From: Octopus sinensis
Taxonomy: Eukaryota
DNA length: 64,000 nt
Direction: 5' to 3'
Assembly (NCBI RefSeq): GCF_006345805.1
Contig: NC_043013.1
Coordinates: forward strand, 6,634,001 to 6,698,000
Part shown: in pieces, positions 37,860 through 52,999 of the stretch
Layout of the letters: the number at the start of each line of letters is the position of its first letter
How positions within the stretch are numbered: the stretch's first letter is position 1
The notes under the pieces: model-generated
Seen by the model: only the letters and a program-made list of their open reading frames with translations
What the model was told of the DNA's origin: nothing
Databases searched by the model: none
Program-made: the position numbers and the translations under genes

Positions 37860-38006
37860 TAAGAATAAGAAGGTAGTCAGAATGTTGAATGATTATATAT
37901 GATCATCCAACATTCTTACTACCTCATTATTCTCAATATACAATATCTGTACATCACTTCAGAAACCCTCAGTCTTCCTCTCCTTATACATATATATATG
38001 TATATC

Positions 38007-38100
<94 letters not shown>

Positions 38101-38174
38101 TATATAATCACACACACATATATATATATATATTATTATATAATATATATACATATATAACATACACACACAAA

Positions 38175-38227
<53 letters not shown>

Positions 38228-38277
38228 GATAACATACATACATACACATATATATATATATATGTATGTATACACAC

Positions 38278-38319
<42 letters not shown>

Positions 38320-38407
38320 GCATGTTGTGTACAGATGTATGCGTACGTACGAACGTATCTACCAACTTATCTGCCTGCCTGCCTGTCTGCCTGCCTGCCT
38401 GCTTGCC

Positions 38408-38440
<33 letters not shown>

Positions 38441-38827
38441 ATGATATATATATATATCCGGATGACGGTCTTCATACATACACACATCATATAATGTGTT
38501 TCATTTATTTTTCAGGTGTAAAACTATAAAACTTTATAACCTTAAATACGAGATGTGAAGAATCGGAAGTATGTTAATTTATGTGCGACGGAAGAAGGCT
38601 TACAAAACTATGATTGTCGTTTCCTTCATTCAATTAGTTTTTCGGTCAGTCAAAGAATCTTGAATATTTCGATTTACACGAATACCATTATGTGGGTCTA
38701 TGTAGCCACATTGCAATCCACTAATGATAAATACATACAATGTCATTTTGATGAATTCTTCTCTGTACACATATTATGTTAAACTTCAGAATTCCGTTCT
38801 AGAGAGGAGTTACTGGCGAGCTTTGTT

Positions 38828-39376
38828 TTGGGTTGTCCGGAAAGTTCGTGCCGGTTTTTAAAGGAAAGAAAAATGTCAATAAATACCTGCCATTACATTT
38901 TTAATCAACCAAATATGAACCATTTTGCTGCACAATGCGTTTCTATCTTTCCTTTAACTTGAAAATACCCCCTTCCCAGAATTGAGGGGGTTTCATGGTA
39001 TCTTTTCACATCATCCAAGAAATTGAAATTTTTACCATTAAGACTATTCTTCAGAGCCCTGAATAAGTGGAAATCCGAAGGAGCAATATCTGGTGAATAT
39101 GGAGGGTGGGGTAACACATCCCAGTCGAGTTGCAGCAATTTTTGTCTGGTTTCCAAAGCATCAAGTGCCGAAAATGAACTTTCTTATCGTCCATTTTAAA
39201 GGGTTACAGAATTAAAACAGGTTATAGAAACATAAACCTTCTTCCAGGAAAAGATAACTTAAACTGTGCTCTAAATAGAGGTGTAGTCAAATCCTATTTT
39301 ATGGACTCAACCATGTTCTAAAATAAGTCGAAATGTAAGCTACTATAAATCGGCATGAACTTTCCGGACAACCCAA
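38828..39376 (-). mobile_element. Internally deleted mariner, 549 bp
   Basis: TIR ttgggttgtccggaaagttc(a/g)tgccg; MDDKKVHFRHLMLW (ATG 39194) joined out of frame to LETRQKLLQLDWDVLPHPPYSPDIAPSDFHLF. Confidence 0.9.
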
Positions 39377-39412
39377 TATACACACCCACTTACACACACA
39401 CACACACACACA

Positions 39413-39469
<57 letters not shown>

Positions 39470-41369
39470 AAATCTTCCTCTGAAAAACAAGGAAACTCCG
39501 TCATTATTAGAATGTAGATAACAAAAACGATGTCAGATTTTGAACTTGAGAAAGGTTTCACATATTTTAACCTTTCCACTTACGGATTGTATTTGTAATA
39601 TACGAGTTAGCTGATTGGTTTCTTTCTCTGAAAACAGCTTTTCCTTTAGGTTTTTACTAACAGAACAATGTACACCAGTTATTACTGGTATAAATGTTAA
39701 TTATAATCTAGGTACAGAAGCTGGAGGTTTCAATGTAGTTATCTGTTGTTATCCGCTTTCTTTATAATTTCTGAAGAGATATTCACATCAGGAAGACAGC
39801 TGACCAATCTGACGGTGCCTACTTTTCCTTGTCAGTTTCCAAGCAACAATATCCGGTCTGTTACGCTTACACTCGACAGATGTTTTGATGGGAATGTGCC
39901 ACCAATATGCCTTGTGTTAATGTTAATGTAAGTATTCAATAACAAGAGTGATTCGTCTATATAAACTGCAGCACAGGCAGTTTTGTGTGTATGAGTGTAG
40001 GAGTGTATGCATGTGTGTGCAGGCATGTATGTCCGTATGCAAGTATGTATACCTATATTCCACTGTGCAAGTATGTATGTATGATGTATACACAAGCACG
40101 TTTTTCTTATTGAAATCTTTCCCTATAATTAAAATAAATCTGTCGTAGATGTTTTTTATGATATACAAAACTATTGAAGTAATTTATTAAACCCCAAATC
40201 TTGATTATTTTAGCTTCAGTAAATTTGATTATAAGTATGCTCGATCAGAGCCGCCCCATGTCTAAACAACAACAATAACAACAAAAAGAACATAAAATCA
40301 TGAAACACAACAACCTGTTCGCCATTCGTCCCAAATAAGGTTAAACGGAAGCAATATTCAAACCAATAATATTACATTCCAGATTTTGGATGTTTGCCCA
40401 GCAGATATTAATTGTCTTAAGTTTGGCTTTATTGATCATTATTATTATTTAAACTTTAGGCACAAATATGGCCGTGGAGTTAAGAAGATCGCTGCGCAAC
40501 CGCGTGGTCCCGGGTTCAATCTCACCAGATGGAATCTTGTGAAGTGTATTCTACTACAGGCCCGAGTCGATTAATACCTTGTGATGGAAACTGTGTGGAA
40601 ACCTGTCGGGACTGGGTTTTGAGTGTCATTAGAGACACCATCTAAAGTGGGATTAGTTATTGCAAGCATTTCCGCCCACCCAAGTTTATCAGCTCATTAG
40701 GCCAGGTAAAAATAATGAACCTTTTGCTAGGTCTGCCCCTCGGGTCTATTGGGAGCTGAAAACAGACGTGGGGAAGCAGATGAAGTTGCCAGAAACTACC
40801 GTTGTCCCAGAAATATCTAGAATGATTTCTTTCCCACGACACACACACAAATCTTTGTATTACCTCAATTCATAAAAATTTACACGAAAAATATTTCTTT
40901 GGAGAATCAAGAAAATGCATCTCATACCAAAGAAGGTTAGAATTGGTCACGTGTCTACGAGCTATAAAACTTTGAGTAACGGCCTGGGAAGTCATAAAAT
41001 CCCAACTCTCAAATACACACATGTACATGTCTGTCTGTCTGTCTGTCTATATGTATGTATGTATGTATGTATGTATGCATGCATGTATGTATGTATGTAT
41101 GTATGTACATATCATGTATATATGTGTGTATCTATCTATCTATCTATCTATCCATCTATCACCACAGCTTCTTAACACCACAGCCATATTTGTGTCTAAA
41201 GTGTGAGTAGTTATTGCAAACATTTCCGCCCAACCAAGTTCATTACCACATTAGGCCAGGAGGAAACAATGAGCCTGCTGCTAGGTTTGCCCCAAGGGCC
41301 TACTGGGGCTGAAAATTGACCAGGGGAACCAATTGAAGTTCCCAGAAATTGCCGCCTCAATATCAGTAA

Positions 41370-42080
41370 GGTAGGATATGCTGCTGGTCTCAGAAGAACC
41401 CAAGCCAGAGTTCCAGCTAGAACACATTAGCCCTTGGAGGAACGCATAGAGGAGGCTAACGAATGCAAAATTGGGAAACATACTGAGTTGTGCCAAAGCA
41501 AAGGGAAGCAAGGAGAGTGTGATTCCATCGAGGTGAGTCGCAGAGAATTTGGAAGTCAGTCACTATATAGAGTTTACAGCACGTTTGACCTCCAGGAGGA
41601 CAGTAGGAAGAATCATTTCTATTATTAGGCACAAGACCTCAAATTTGGGGAGGGAGAAGTCGATTACATCGACCCCAGTACTCAACTGGTACTTAATTTA
41701 TTGAGCCCGAAAGTCGACCTTGGCAGTATTTGAACTCAGAACGGAGCGACGGGCGAAATACCGCTAAACATTTCGTCCGGCGCGCTAACGATTCTGCCAC
41801 TCGCATACACAATGTTAAATTATTGCATTGGGGGTGTCTTTGATATACCAGACAGTAGGAAGAATGCCACCAAGTTGACTGTGGAGGTGGCAAGGGTTGC
41901 TTCAAGCTGGGTGTAGAACAGGGGATGTGAGCCCCAAAAGGGGTCGTACTTCTTTCGCTAGGGCTAACTGGACAGAATTTGGAGCCTGATCAAACACAGC
42001 TGAATCATTTTTGTGTGGGTTCCTGATATTGAATGGCTCGAAATACCTAATGCCCACCCCCTAAGAAACATTGCTCATGA
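41370..42080 (+). pseudogene. HERO-like (R2 superfamily) REL endonuclease C-terminus and 3' UTR, interrupted by a family B SINE (about 41620-41790, minus)
   Basis: DMLLVS..QLE..PW / EERIEEANECKIGKHTEL / IEVSRREF.SQSL, cf. the ELTVPWEE..K..KY..EVGCRGF motif; resumes as NATKLTVEVARVASSWV. Confidence 0.6.
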
Positions 42081-42234
42081 CGCGTTCAGGTTCATCACAC
42101 AATGCTGTATGGAAAAACTATGTATTCATACATATATATATGTATTGTATATTTATATATGCCACACACATACACACACACACATATATACGCATACATA
42201 CATGCTACATACACACACACACACACACGCACAC

Positions 42235-42272
<38 letters not shown>

Positions 42273-43177
42273 GTATATGTGTGTGTGTGTGTGTATATAT
42301 ATATATGTTTCTATGTGTGTGTGTGTGTATTTGTCACCCACTATTGCTTGAAAACCGGTTTTGGTTTGTTCACGGCCCCGCAACTTAGTGGTTGGTTCAT
42401 TAATAGTAATCTATAGTAAAACCACCATAGATGAAAAAAAATTAAGCCCTGAGATTGATTCGATTCGTTCATCTAAACTTTTCAAATTTGTGCCCAAGCA
42501 TGGGCTGCAGTCCAATGACCGAAACAAACATAAAATCTACGTTACGAGTTATAAGTTTTTGTTTTCCTATTCAATATTTTTAAACTTTAAAAATGATTTA
42601 TATCAAATCATATATGAAGGCATTAAAAAAAAATTTACCTTCCATGACCAAAACATTCTGACCTTTCCTCACTCTGAACAAAGCATGAAGGTGGGAGAAT
42701 GTTATGTCTTTTGATGGACTGCAATTATTAATTATCCTGCTTCTAGTGTTTCCGTGCCATAAAAGATTACGACAGTTTTAGTAATTTGAAAGGAATGTTT
42801 TCCAACAGGAAAAAATAAAAACTGAACTTTCTTTTTTGTCATAATGTTTAATACAAGTTGTATGTAGGAGTGTATTTATGTATGTATGTATGTCTATATA
42901 TGTATGTAAATATGTACGCAGGTATTTACGTATGTATGTTGGCATATTTGCACGTATGCATATATATACATATGTATGTGTGTGTGTATAAGTGTATGTC
43001 TATATATATATACATATATATATCCAGTAATCTATCAATCTATCTACTATCTATTTATCTATCTATCTAAATATTTTTTTCTCTTTCTCTCTCTCTGTCT
43101 ATATATATATATATAAACACACACATTTATTCGCAAACAAAAGAATTTAATAGAAAATTGGACCAATGTTGTTTTCA

Positions 43178-43208
<31 letters not shown>

Positions 43209-43215
43209 ACACACA

Positions 43216-43253
<38 letters not shown>

Positions 43254-43275
43254 TATACATATATATATACATATA

Positions 43276-43340
<65 letters not shown>

Positions 43341-43375
43341 TATATATATATTTAATATATATATATATCTTTTGG

Positions 43376-45040
43376 CGCTCCTGATGTCTTAGCAGCAAAA
43401 AGGAAATGAAGCATAATTCAGCAGTAGGTCCCGATAGGTTCCCTGCTTGTGTCTTGAAGATGTGTCAACACCAACTTGCGCCCCCTCTAGCCAATCTATG
43501 GCGGAACTCACTGAAGTTGGATATATACCAGAAGACCTTCTATCCCAGTCTGTGTTGTCCAGTTTTCAAAAAGGAAACAAATCGCTTGCCGTGAATTACC
43601 GTCCAATCTCACTCACCTTTCATATCATTAAGGTATTTGAGAGAGTGCTGAGATCGCGTATGACTCACTTCCTTGAGAGTCATAATATGCTGAACCCCAA
43701 CCAGCATGGATTCCGTAATGGAAGAGATTGCTTGTTGTAGCTACTGCATCATTTTGATGACATTTTGAGAGCCTTGGGAGAGGGCTCCAACACTGATGTC
43801 ATCTACCTTGATTTCAGCAAGGCCTTTGACAGCGTTGATCATAAGATCCTTTTGAGAAAGCTGTCCAATATTGGTGTCACTGGAAAGCTGCTGCAGTGGA
43901 TCAAGTGCTTCCTGTCTAACAGAACCTAACGTGTTGTAGTCGAAAGAGTCAAATCCAGCCCAGCCAAAGTCAGTAGTGGTGACCTACAAGGCACTGTGTT
44001 GGGCCCACTTCTCTTCATCATCTACATAAATGATATTAATGACACCATCAAACACAGTAACATCAGAAGTTCGCTGATGATTCCAAGCTCCAGAAGGTCA
44101 TCAATGGCGTGGATGACCGAATAAGCCTTCAGTCAGACCTTCTGGCTGTTGTCCAATGGGCGGAAAAGAACAACATGTTGCTAAACGAAGACAAATTCGA
44201 ACTGATCCACTTTGGAAGGGAGGACGCTCTGAAACTCCCATAATCCCTTCCTTCTGGAGAAATTCTCATGGCGTCTAACAACATCAGAGACTTGGGAGTA
44301 ACAGTGGACAACAACATAAGCTGAGCTACACATATAAGTAGCAAAGTTGACATGGCTCGCAGAATGTGTTCCTGGATACTCAGAACCTTCCAGTCGAGAG
44401 ATTCTCACACCATTATCCTTCTCTTCTCCACTTTTGCCCGACCCCACCTTGAATACTGCTGTCCACTGTGGTTTCCCTACACGAAACCAAATGTTATGAG
44501 AATTGAAGCTCCCCAAAGGTCAATCACAAAAAAGATAGATGGCATGTCAGACCTCGACTACTGGGGTAGACTAGAGAAGCTGAAACTGTACTCACTCCAA
44601 CGACTCCGTGAACGCTATATTATCTGTATGATGTGGAAAATATTTCATCAGCACTGTCCGAATGATGTTGGCATCACCTTCAAAATACATCCAAGGCTTG
44701 GACCACGTGCCATCCGTCCACAACAAAAATCTAAATCGCATCACATAACGACAATACGGCACAACTATTTCACCTCAATTGGACCCGCTCTCTTCAACAT
44801 TACACCAGGACACGTCAAAACAGAAACTGACCACACAAAATTCAAGACGTCTTTGGACAAATTCCTCCAAACATTCCGGACAAACCACCCACACCCGGAT
44901 ATGTCTCCGCAAACAGTAACTCTCTGCTCGAATGGGCCTTGGTGCCCAAATCCTGAATTGAAAGACTTCGCCAGGTGCTGCTATTAAGTTAGACATGGCC
45001 TGGGCCAATACTGGCCAAAACCTTTCTATTCTAAGTTATT
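43376..45040 (+). pseudogene. 5'-truncated CR1/L2-group LINE, reverse transcriptase region
   Basis: NSAVGPD, NYRPISLT, QHGFR, YLDFSKAFDSVDH, QGTVLGPLLFIIYIND, FADD, RPHLEYC, LYSLQRLRER, GPALFN; several stops and frameshifts. Confidence 0.92.
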
Positions 45041-45045
45041 CTAAT

Positions 45046-45076
<31 letters not shown>

Positions 45077-45139
45077 TGTGTGTGTGTGTGTGTGTGTGAG
45101 TGTTGTGTGTGTGTTTGTGTGTGTACATATACATATATA

Positions 45140-45173
<34 letters not shown>

Positions 45174-45305
45174 GTATGTATAACACCTATATTATACATA
45201 TCATATATATATATACATTTATACATTTATAAATATACATAGGCATGAATAAATGCATGCACATTTGCATGCTTACATACACACATATATATATATGTAT
45301 GTATA

Positions 45306-45357
<52 letters not shown>

Positions 45358-46715
45358 ATATGTATATATATATATATATGTGTGTGTGTAAGTGTATATA
45401 TATGTGTGTGTGTATGAGTGTGTAGCCTAGCCAATTTCCCGAATATCAATTACTCTACAACTGTCAATGAATCTACAGTCGTTTTAGTGATACCTACCTC
45501 TCCTTAGTAGGCCCCTACATCATCACTCACTCTTTTAAATGTTTTTCCACCCCCACCCCTTCTTCATTTGTTTCCTACTCCGTCACGAAATAAACTCTCA
45601 CCTTTCTGCTTTCATTTATTTTATTTCCTTTCCTGTCGATCACTCACTCGATATTTTCCCTTGAGTGTCCTTTTTCTCTCTCGCAAGTGAGAGAGCGAAT
45701 AAAACCGCGCGATACTTATGAAACGTGCATTTTTGTGTAAATATGTTTTGATTGATTTTAAATTCCGCCATTGTCAGGACACGTGTGACGTACAAGATTT
45801 GAGTTATCCGTTAGAAATAACAGCGCATTCTCCTTTAAATCACACACAAACGGCTTATGGGAGGACGTGCACATGGTAATAAATTTTGGAAACACTTCTT
45901 AATAATGAAGTGATTGCCACGCCTGAAACATCTTTTGCTCATATCTTTGCTCAATCAGAGAAAGTCTTATTCCAAAGAACAACCATTTGTAAGTGTGTTC
46001 ATATAAACAACCGAATGATACTATTTATGAGGGTTTCGATTCTCTAGCTTTGCTGACTCTGTACGACTTTCACACAAACACACACATTTTACATTCCTCC
46101 CTCCACTTGTTTTTTTTTAAATATATTTTTTAAAGGCGGTACTCCAGCATGGGCACAGTCAAATGATTGAAACAAGTAAAAGAGTATATCTTAGGTCTTA
46201 CCTTCAACAGTATTCCTTATACCTAATTACTTCACCATAGGATATTACGTTTCATTTGGAACAGTCTTCACAAATATCGCATTGGCTTTCAATATTTCTC
46301 ATTGACTACACAACGAATTTCCGTGATGCTTGGCAAGTGATTTGTTCTGAAGAAATGGATTGAACCCGAAACAAATACACGCAAAGACGTCAGTTTAACT
46401 ATTTAGAGAAACACCGTTTAAGCTTATGTATGTGTACTTGACACCCGTTTTAGTAAAAGGCTGTGGTCATCAATACTGTTTCTTTTACCGCTGAGGGAAG
46501 AAAGAAGGTAGCCTCAACCAGAAACATGACCCGGATGCTTGCAAATGTGTGGACCTCCTACATCCGTTAAAGCTACTCAGGGTTCATATAGAGGTGTTAA
46601 CGCAGATTAATACTTAAGTACTTCTACCATCGAAATCCAACATAAATCTAAGTTTACATATGCTTGGCTAAAATTTCCATCAAACTATTCAAAGCCTAAC
46701 ATTTCCACATTAACA

Positions 46716-46736
46716 TCTGTATATATAAAAGGCAGG

Positions 46737-46773
<37 letters not shown>

Positions 46774-47141
46774 TAATTTATGCACGTCCACAAATTAGCA
46801 CGCATGTCGCTCCAATTTTAGGAGGACATTCGTCATGATCCTAGCTGTATTTTCGTCAACTTATTTTTACCAGAGGCACCAGCGAATTTTCAACCAAAAC
46901 TTTTAGCAATTTTCAAGTCGGAGAAATCACCATTGTTTGCAAACAGGAGTTAAATCCCTTTCTAGCGACGAGTAAGTTTTTGTTAAGACTTCTGTTGTTG
47001 TCTTTTCATCGAGGAAAAAAGTATTTTGTTGATATACGGGCAACACACACATACGTACATGTATGCGTACAAAAAACATGTATGCAATAGGTGTATGTAC
47101 GTACGTGCGTGTGTGTATGCATGTGTGTGTGTTGCCCATAT

Positions 47142-47196
<55 letters not shown>

Positions 47197-47316
47197 CAAT
47201 TTCAGCAGATTTCGTCAGGTTTGACGTTGATGTTACTTAGTTTGTTTTTAATATAAGAATTTGGTTAGCTCAATAATCCTAACTTAATCCTGGGCAAAGA
47301 CGGGTTATACTGTTAG
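46716..47316 (+). mobile_element. Probable non-autonomous Helitron
   Basis: A|TCTGTATATATAAAAGG start then (TG)n; 3' degenerate GC hairpin cctgggcaaagacggg, then TTAG|T (canonical CTAG|T). Confidence 0.55.
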
Positions 47317-50300
47317 TATCTAATAAAACTACGCGTGATCAAATCCCTATGCAGCCCTTTGCAAATTAAACCCGCATTAACGAACTCTTAATTAACTGTG
47401 TTTAATAATTCTGTCAGATCTATTTAAACACATGCAACAGCATATTTTAATAAAATTTCATCACATGCTGTAACAAAATCGCAAAATATGTAATACGCTC
47501 CAGCAGCTCGTGTAAATACACACATCATCTCCTCCGTATTTTAATTACGACATCAAATACATTTCCTTGTATAATATATGTATTAGAAGCTTATCAAAGG
47601 CGTAAAAAATTACATATCCATAATATAAGTTAATTATAATGGGGTGATTTTCTCTAATTCTGTATGATGCAATAATGGTGCATGACAATCATATTTAAAG
47701 GCTATATTTACTTATTGTAACTTAAGGGATTCAGGAATTATCATTATAATTTCATGTTTGTCGACAAAATTTATTGTTAAAGTGTGCCACAGGGTTAAAC
47801 AACAAAAGGAATATTTTATGGATTTGTAGCTATGGAAGGAAATTATAAACGATGTAGAAACTGCTGAAATGTAATAGGATCATTTTGTTTTTGCAGGGAT
47901 ACATTTGTCGATAATATTATTTTATTAATATTAATTTACTCGCCAATTATAATTATTCTCTAATAGTTTGGGCTATCTAAATGGAAATATTTAAAACACT
48001 GTCAGATCTCATCACACACACACACACAATCTTAATTGGTTGCATTGGGGGTGTCTTCAATATACCAAAGAAGTTGCAGTGGAGACGGCGTTGTGTACAT
48101 GACAACACGATATTTGTCAGTTATTTTCTTAATGGATGAGATAAGATGAAATGATTAAATGTGTTGTTACATGTGATTAAATAAGGGCTAAAATCAGAAA
48201 TATTAAATACACAGAATTAAGAGTTCATGAGCTAAAAGGCTTAATTATTAGGGTTTTGTAGGACCTTTAGATAAACTATATGCCGGACTTTAGATTGAAT
48301 CTTATAGGTAAAACGTGATTTATACACAAATATGTACATTGCATTCTCTTTTCATTTATTTCTTTACAATGTTTTCTAATTTAGGTCGATACCTCCTTCG
48401 ACCTTTCTGAACAACCTACCCCAACTACTCGGGATTCTCAGCAGAGGTTGTTCTATTCATACTTTCGATCACTGAATACAAAACATGGTTCGTGAGACGT
48501 CCGTTCGTATGATTTTTTCCTGAGTCACCACCTCATTCTTGCATGCCAACGCGTCATAAGGTCATCTATTTACAGGTGAGTGGACTGCAGCAAAGTAAAA
48601 TTAAATGCTTTACTGCTCAAGGATACAAGGCACAGCCGGTTAGGGAATCGAAATCACGATCTCGCAGTCGGGAGTACAAAAGCAGGCTACGCGCTTTCAC
48701 AGTTTAGGTCTCAAGAACTGCGAATTTTCTAACGGAAGGGATTTAGTCGATTCCATCGAGCCAGTAATACGACTGGTACTTTATCATTTTATAGTTAAAA
48801 AATGAAAAGAAAAGTTGAGCTTGGTAGGATTTGAACCCAGAATATAAAACGTCAGGAAAAACTGCCGCTAAGCATTTTGTCCGATGTGCTAACGATTCTG
48901 CCGGCTCGCCACATTTATTTCTTAATAGTGAAGTCAATTACGTCATATTTTTCGATACTTCTGGCAACAGAATACTGATACAGTTTCACTGTATAATAAC
49001 CTTCCGTGTTTGTCTTTGTCCGTTAAACTACAATGGGTTTGGAAGTTAATAAACTTTTGCTTGGATTTTCATCCTTTTATTAGAGACAATACAGAAAGAT
49101 ACTTTGGTACTGGAATATATCCCAGTACAGTAATTGTTTCAAATTGTATCACAGATTACAATATATTACACCGACCCCTGTACTTTATTGTATCGACTCC
49201 GAAAGGATGAACAGCATAGCTAACTTCAACCAATTTGAACACAGGACGTAAAACACCGAACGGTATACCGTTACATGTACTATCAGACGCGCTATAGTTT
49301 CTGCCAGCTCGCCGCCTCAAGTCCGTTCATTAGTTGAGACACAGCTGTTTATCATGTGTTAAATAATTGGGAGTGGTCTCTCCTACATTTAACAGGAAAT
49401 CAGCCTAGTTCGGTTTCTACATATGGAGCAATGAGAACATGCTGTTTTGAACTGGGTTAACTCAAATCGCGAAAATCCATTATCAAAACCGTTTCATACA
49501 TGACTGTCTCTAAATTTTATTCAAACATATTGCACCAAGATCTAAATCATCCAAATTAGACCGTATCAATGACCTCTTATCGATTCACGGTAATCCTTAT
49601 TTTTAGCGGGAGTTTTGTGGCCTGTAATACACACTACATTGTATCTATGGAAATTTTGATATGTACTATTATTTTGTAATTTTAAGTAGTTTAATTCTTT
49701 AATTCTTGAGCACTTAGAAAACTGCAATATCAAATCCTTTTCGACATTCTTAGTCTTCAGTATACAAATGATCCTTTATATAATCTTTTTCTTTCCTACC
49801 CGAAAAGTCCGAAAGTAAATCCAACTGTTGCAAAATTTGAACTTAAAAATTTATCTTCTCCGCACTCCGCTCTTTACGTCACGTTTATCCAGCCATTTTC
49901 CAAAATTATTAATTCTACCCATTTACTAAACCCAATAATAAAGCTAGATATTCTCTAGATATTATCTATTTCTTGTCTCTCGGTCATATATGGAGAGCCA
50001 TGGCCTAGGGCTAAGGCATTGAACTCACGATCGTAACTGAGTGCTTAGGTTGTTGGAATCCCTACCGAGAGGCCAGTCGTACCCTTAAGCAAACAGCTTC
50101 ATTTCATGTTGCTTCATTCTAATGGAGAGGACGAAAAATATCTCTTAGCAGCATTTACGGATTAATTTTGCATACAAATTAATTCCAAGGGCATATGGTT
50201 AAGTGATACTAGAATATATATTCCATCAATTTTCAAACTAATCTATTTTCTCACTCCGTCAATGTCTACGTAATGTCACTGTAAATTATTTCTTCGAGGC

Positions 50301-51836
50301 AATACACCCTAAGGTAAATTAACATATTCACAATTCTTTCAGCCGCGTTCTCGTTAAATTTTCTTCTTCTTCTTCTTCTTCTTCTTCTTCTTCTTCTTCT
50401 TCTTCTTCTTTCTTCTTCTTCTTCTTGTTCTACTCTTCTTCTTTTCTTCTTCTTCTTCTTCTTCTTCTTCTTCTTCTCTTCTTCTTCTTCTTCTTCTCTT
50501 CTTCTTCTTCTTCTTTCGTCTTCTTCTTCTTCTCGTGGAATAAATATTTGTAGACTTACAATATTAATTGAAATATTATAAATAGCTTAAATAAATTAAC
50601 TCAAGGCTTTATTCTAGAGTATAATTAATATAGAGACTTCCAAGTTTACTTAAACTGATTGAATCACACTTTCTGATAACAATATACATAGTTGATAATG
50701 AAATTACATAATACAACATTTATTACCCCAGATTAATATACAAGGAACCTGATTTGAAGACTTTCATACGTATTATGGTAGATTTCGCTTATGGAATAAG
50801 CGAAATATATTAAAAGACGTATGGAAGATCGCGATCACGATACGCACTGCCGCTCAGCAACACTTTGCCACTTAATTCAGCAACGATTGTTTTTGATATT
50901 GCAATTGCGGAAATATATCTTGAAGGCTTCTTACGAGAAGGTTATATAAGGTTGTACAATGTTTTATGGATGTTTTAAGCGTGTTAGTGGCGTAGTAATT
51001 AAAATGTAATTGCGTAGTAATTAAAACAACCTTTCAAATAGATTATTTTATTTTGTCGTATAATGGGACAAATATAATTATAACAAATATATATATACCA
51101 TTTTATCTTTTGCTTGTTTCACTCATTGGATTGCGTCCATGGTGGGGCACAGTTCCGAAGAGTTACCTCGATCAAATAGACCGCATTACTTATTTTTAAA
51201 GCCTGACAGTTATTATATCGGTATATTTTGCTGAACTGTTACGTTATGGAGAAATAAACAAATCTACATCAGGTTGTCAAGCCCGGAACAGCGGGCATGG
51301 ACAAGCGCAAAGACACACACAGATGCACACACAAACACACACTCTCTCATACACACACATACACACACAGAAACACACACACACACACACACGCACAAAC
51401 ACACTCTCTCACACACACATACACACACACAGAAAGACACACAGACACACAATTATATGACGGGTTTCTCTCAGTTTCCGTCGACCAAAACCTGAAAGTT
51501 GTATTTATACCAAAACTATCCAAATTGAAGTAGTTTCAGTGCTAAGGTCGATTTAGTGAAAGCGTAATTTCCTGTTTGAAATCAGGATTTTAAGAAGGAG
51601 GAAGATTGAATGAAAAACAGAAAAGATGATGCTTGAAAATGGCAAATTGTAAATGCAATATTTTAGAATAATTCTTTAATTTCCAATAAGAATCTTTCGG
51701 GATAATCATGTGTTTATCGCCGAATACTGAATCACCAAATAATGTCCTCCATTTCGATCTAGGAAACATCGTTGGACAACCGCAGATCCTGTTGTTGTTG
51801 TTGATTTTGCTATTTATGTTTTGCTACTAACGTTAT

Positions 51837-51888
<52 letters not shown>

Positions 51889-51952
51889 GGTGGTGGTGGT
51901 GATGATGATGATGATGATGGTGGTAGTGGTGTTGGTGGTGGTGATGATGATG

Positions 51953-52026
<74 letters not shown>

Positions 52027-52053
52027 GGTAGTGGTGGTGGTGGTGGTGGTGAC

Positions 52054-52084
<31 letters not shown>

Positions 52085-52109
52085 GTGATGATGGTGGTGG
52101 TGGTGGTGG

Positions 52110-52140
<31 letters not shown>

Positions 52141-52178
52141 AGTGGTGGTGGTGGTGGTGACGATGATGATGGTGATGA

Positions 52179-52212
<34 letters not shown>

Positions 52213-52294
52213 GGTGGTGGTAGTGGTGATGATGATGAGGATGATGATGATGATGATGAGGATGTTCATGATGATGGTGATGATGAAGATGATG

Positions 52295-52326
<32 letters not shown>

Positions 52327-52787
52327 GATGATGACGATGATGATGATGAGGAGGAGGATGATGATGATGATGGTGATGATGATGATGAGGAGGAGGATGA
52401 TGAAGATGACGATGATGATGATGACGATGATGATGATGACGATGATGACGACGAAGACAATGACGATGATGTTGTTGTTGTCGTGGTGGTGGTGATTTCC
52501 ATGATGACGATGATGAAAATTATACTGCTGTAGCTGATAAAGATGGTGTTGATTGTGATGATGAAGATGACGACGTCGTTGACGATGACGGTGATGATGA
52601 TAATGATTATGATGATGAGGAGGAGAAGGAGGAGGCAGAGGAGGGGGAGGAGGACGACGATGACGACGACAAGGAAAACGCAAAACAACGTAAATTATGA
52701 TGAAGATGAAGGAGATAATGACGACGACGACGACGACGGTGATGATGATGATGATGATGTTGATGATGATGATGATGATGATGGTGG

Positions 52788-52825
<38 letters not shown>

Positions 52826-52958
52826 GATGATGATGATGGTGATGAAGGCTGAATGGACTAAGTCACCGCGCTTATACTTCAATGTCTAACTTGATGATTG
52901 TTTTATAATTATGGAAGCATTACTATTAATAACAATCATAAAAATAATGATGATGATA

Positions 52959-52999
<41 letters not shown>

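Noticed and set aside
46330-46365. CTGAAGA...GAAAC; similar weak hits near 2400, 5155, 11332, 49735 and 59744
   Set aside because: Core words are present but helices or the NUH site cannot be formed
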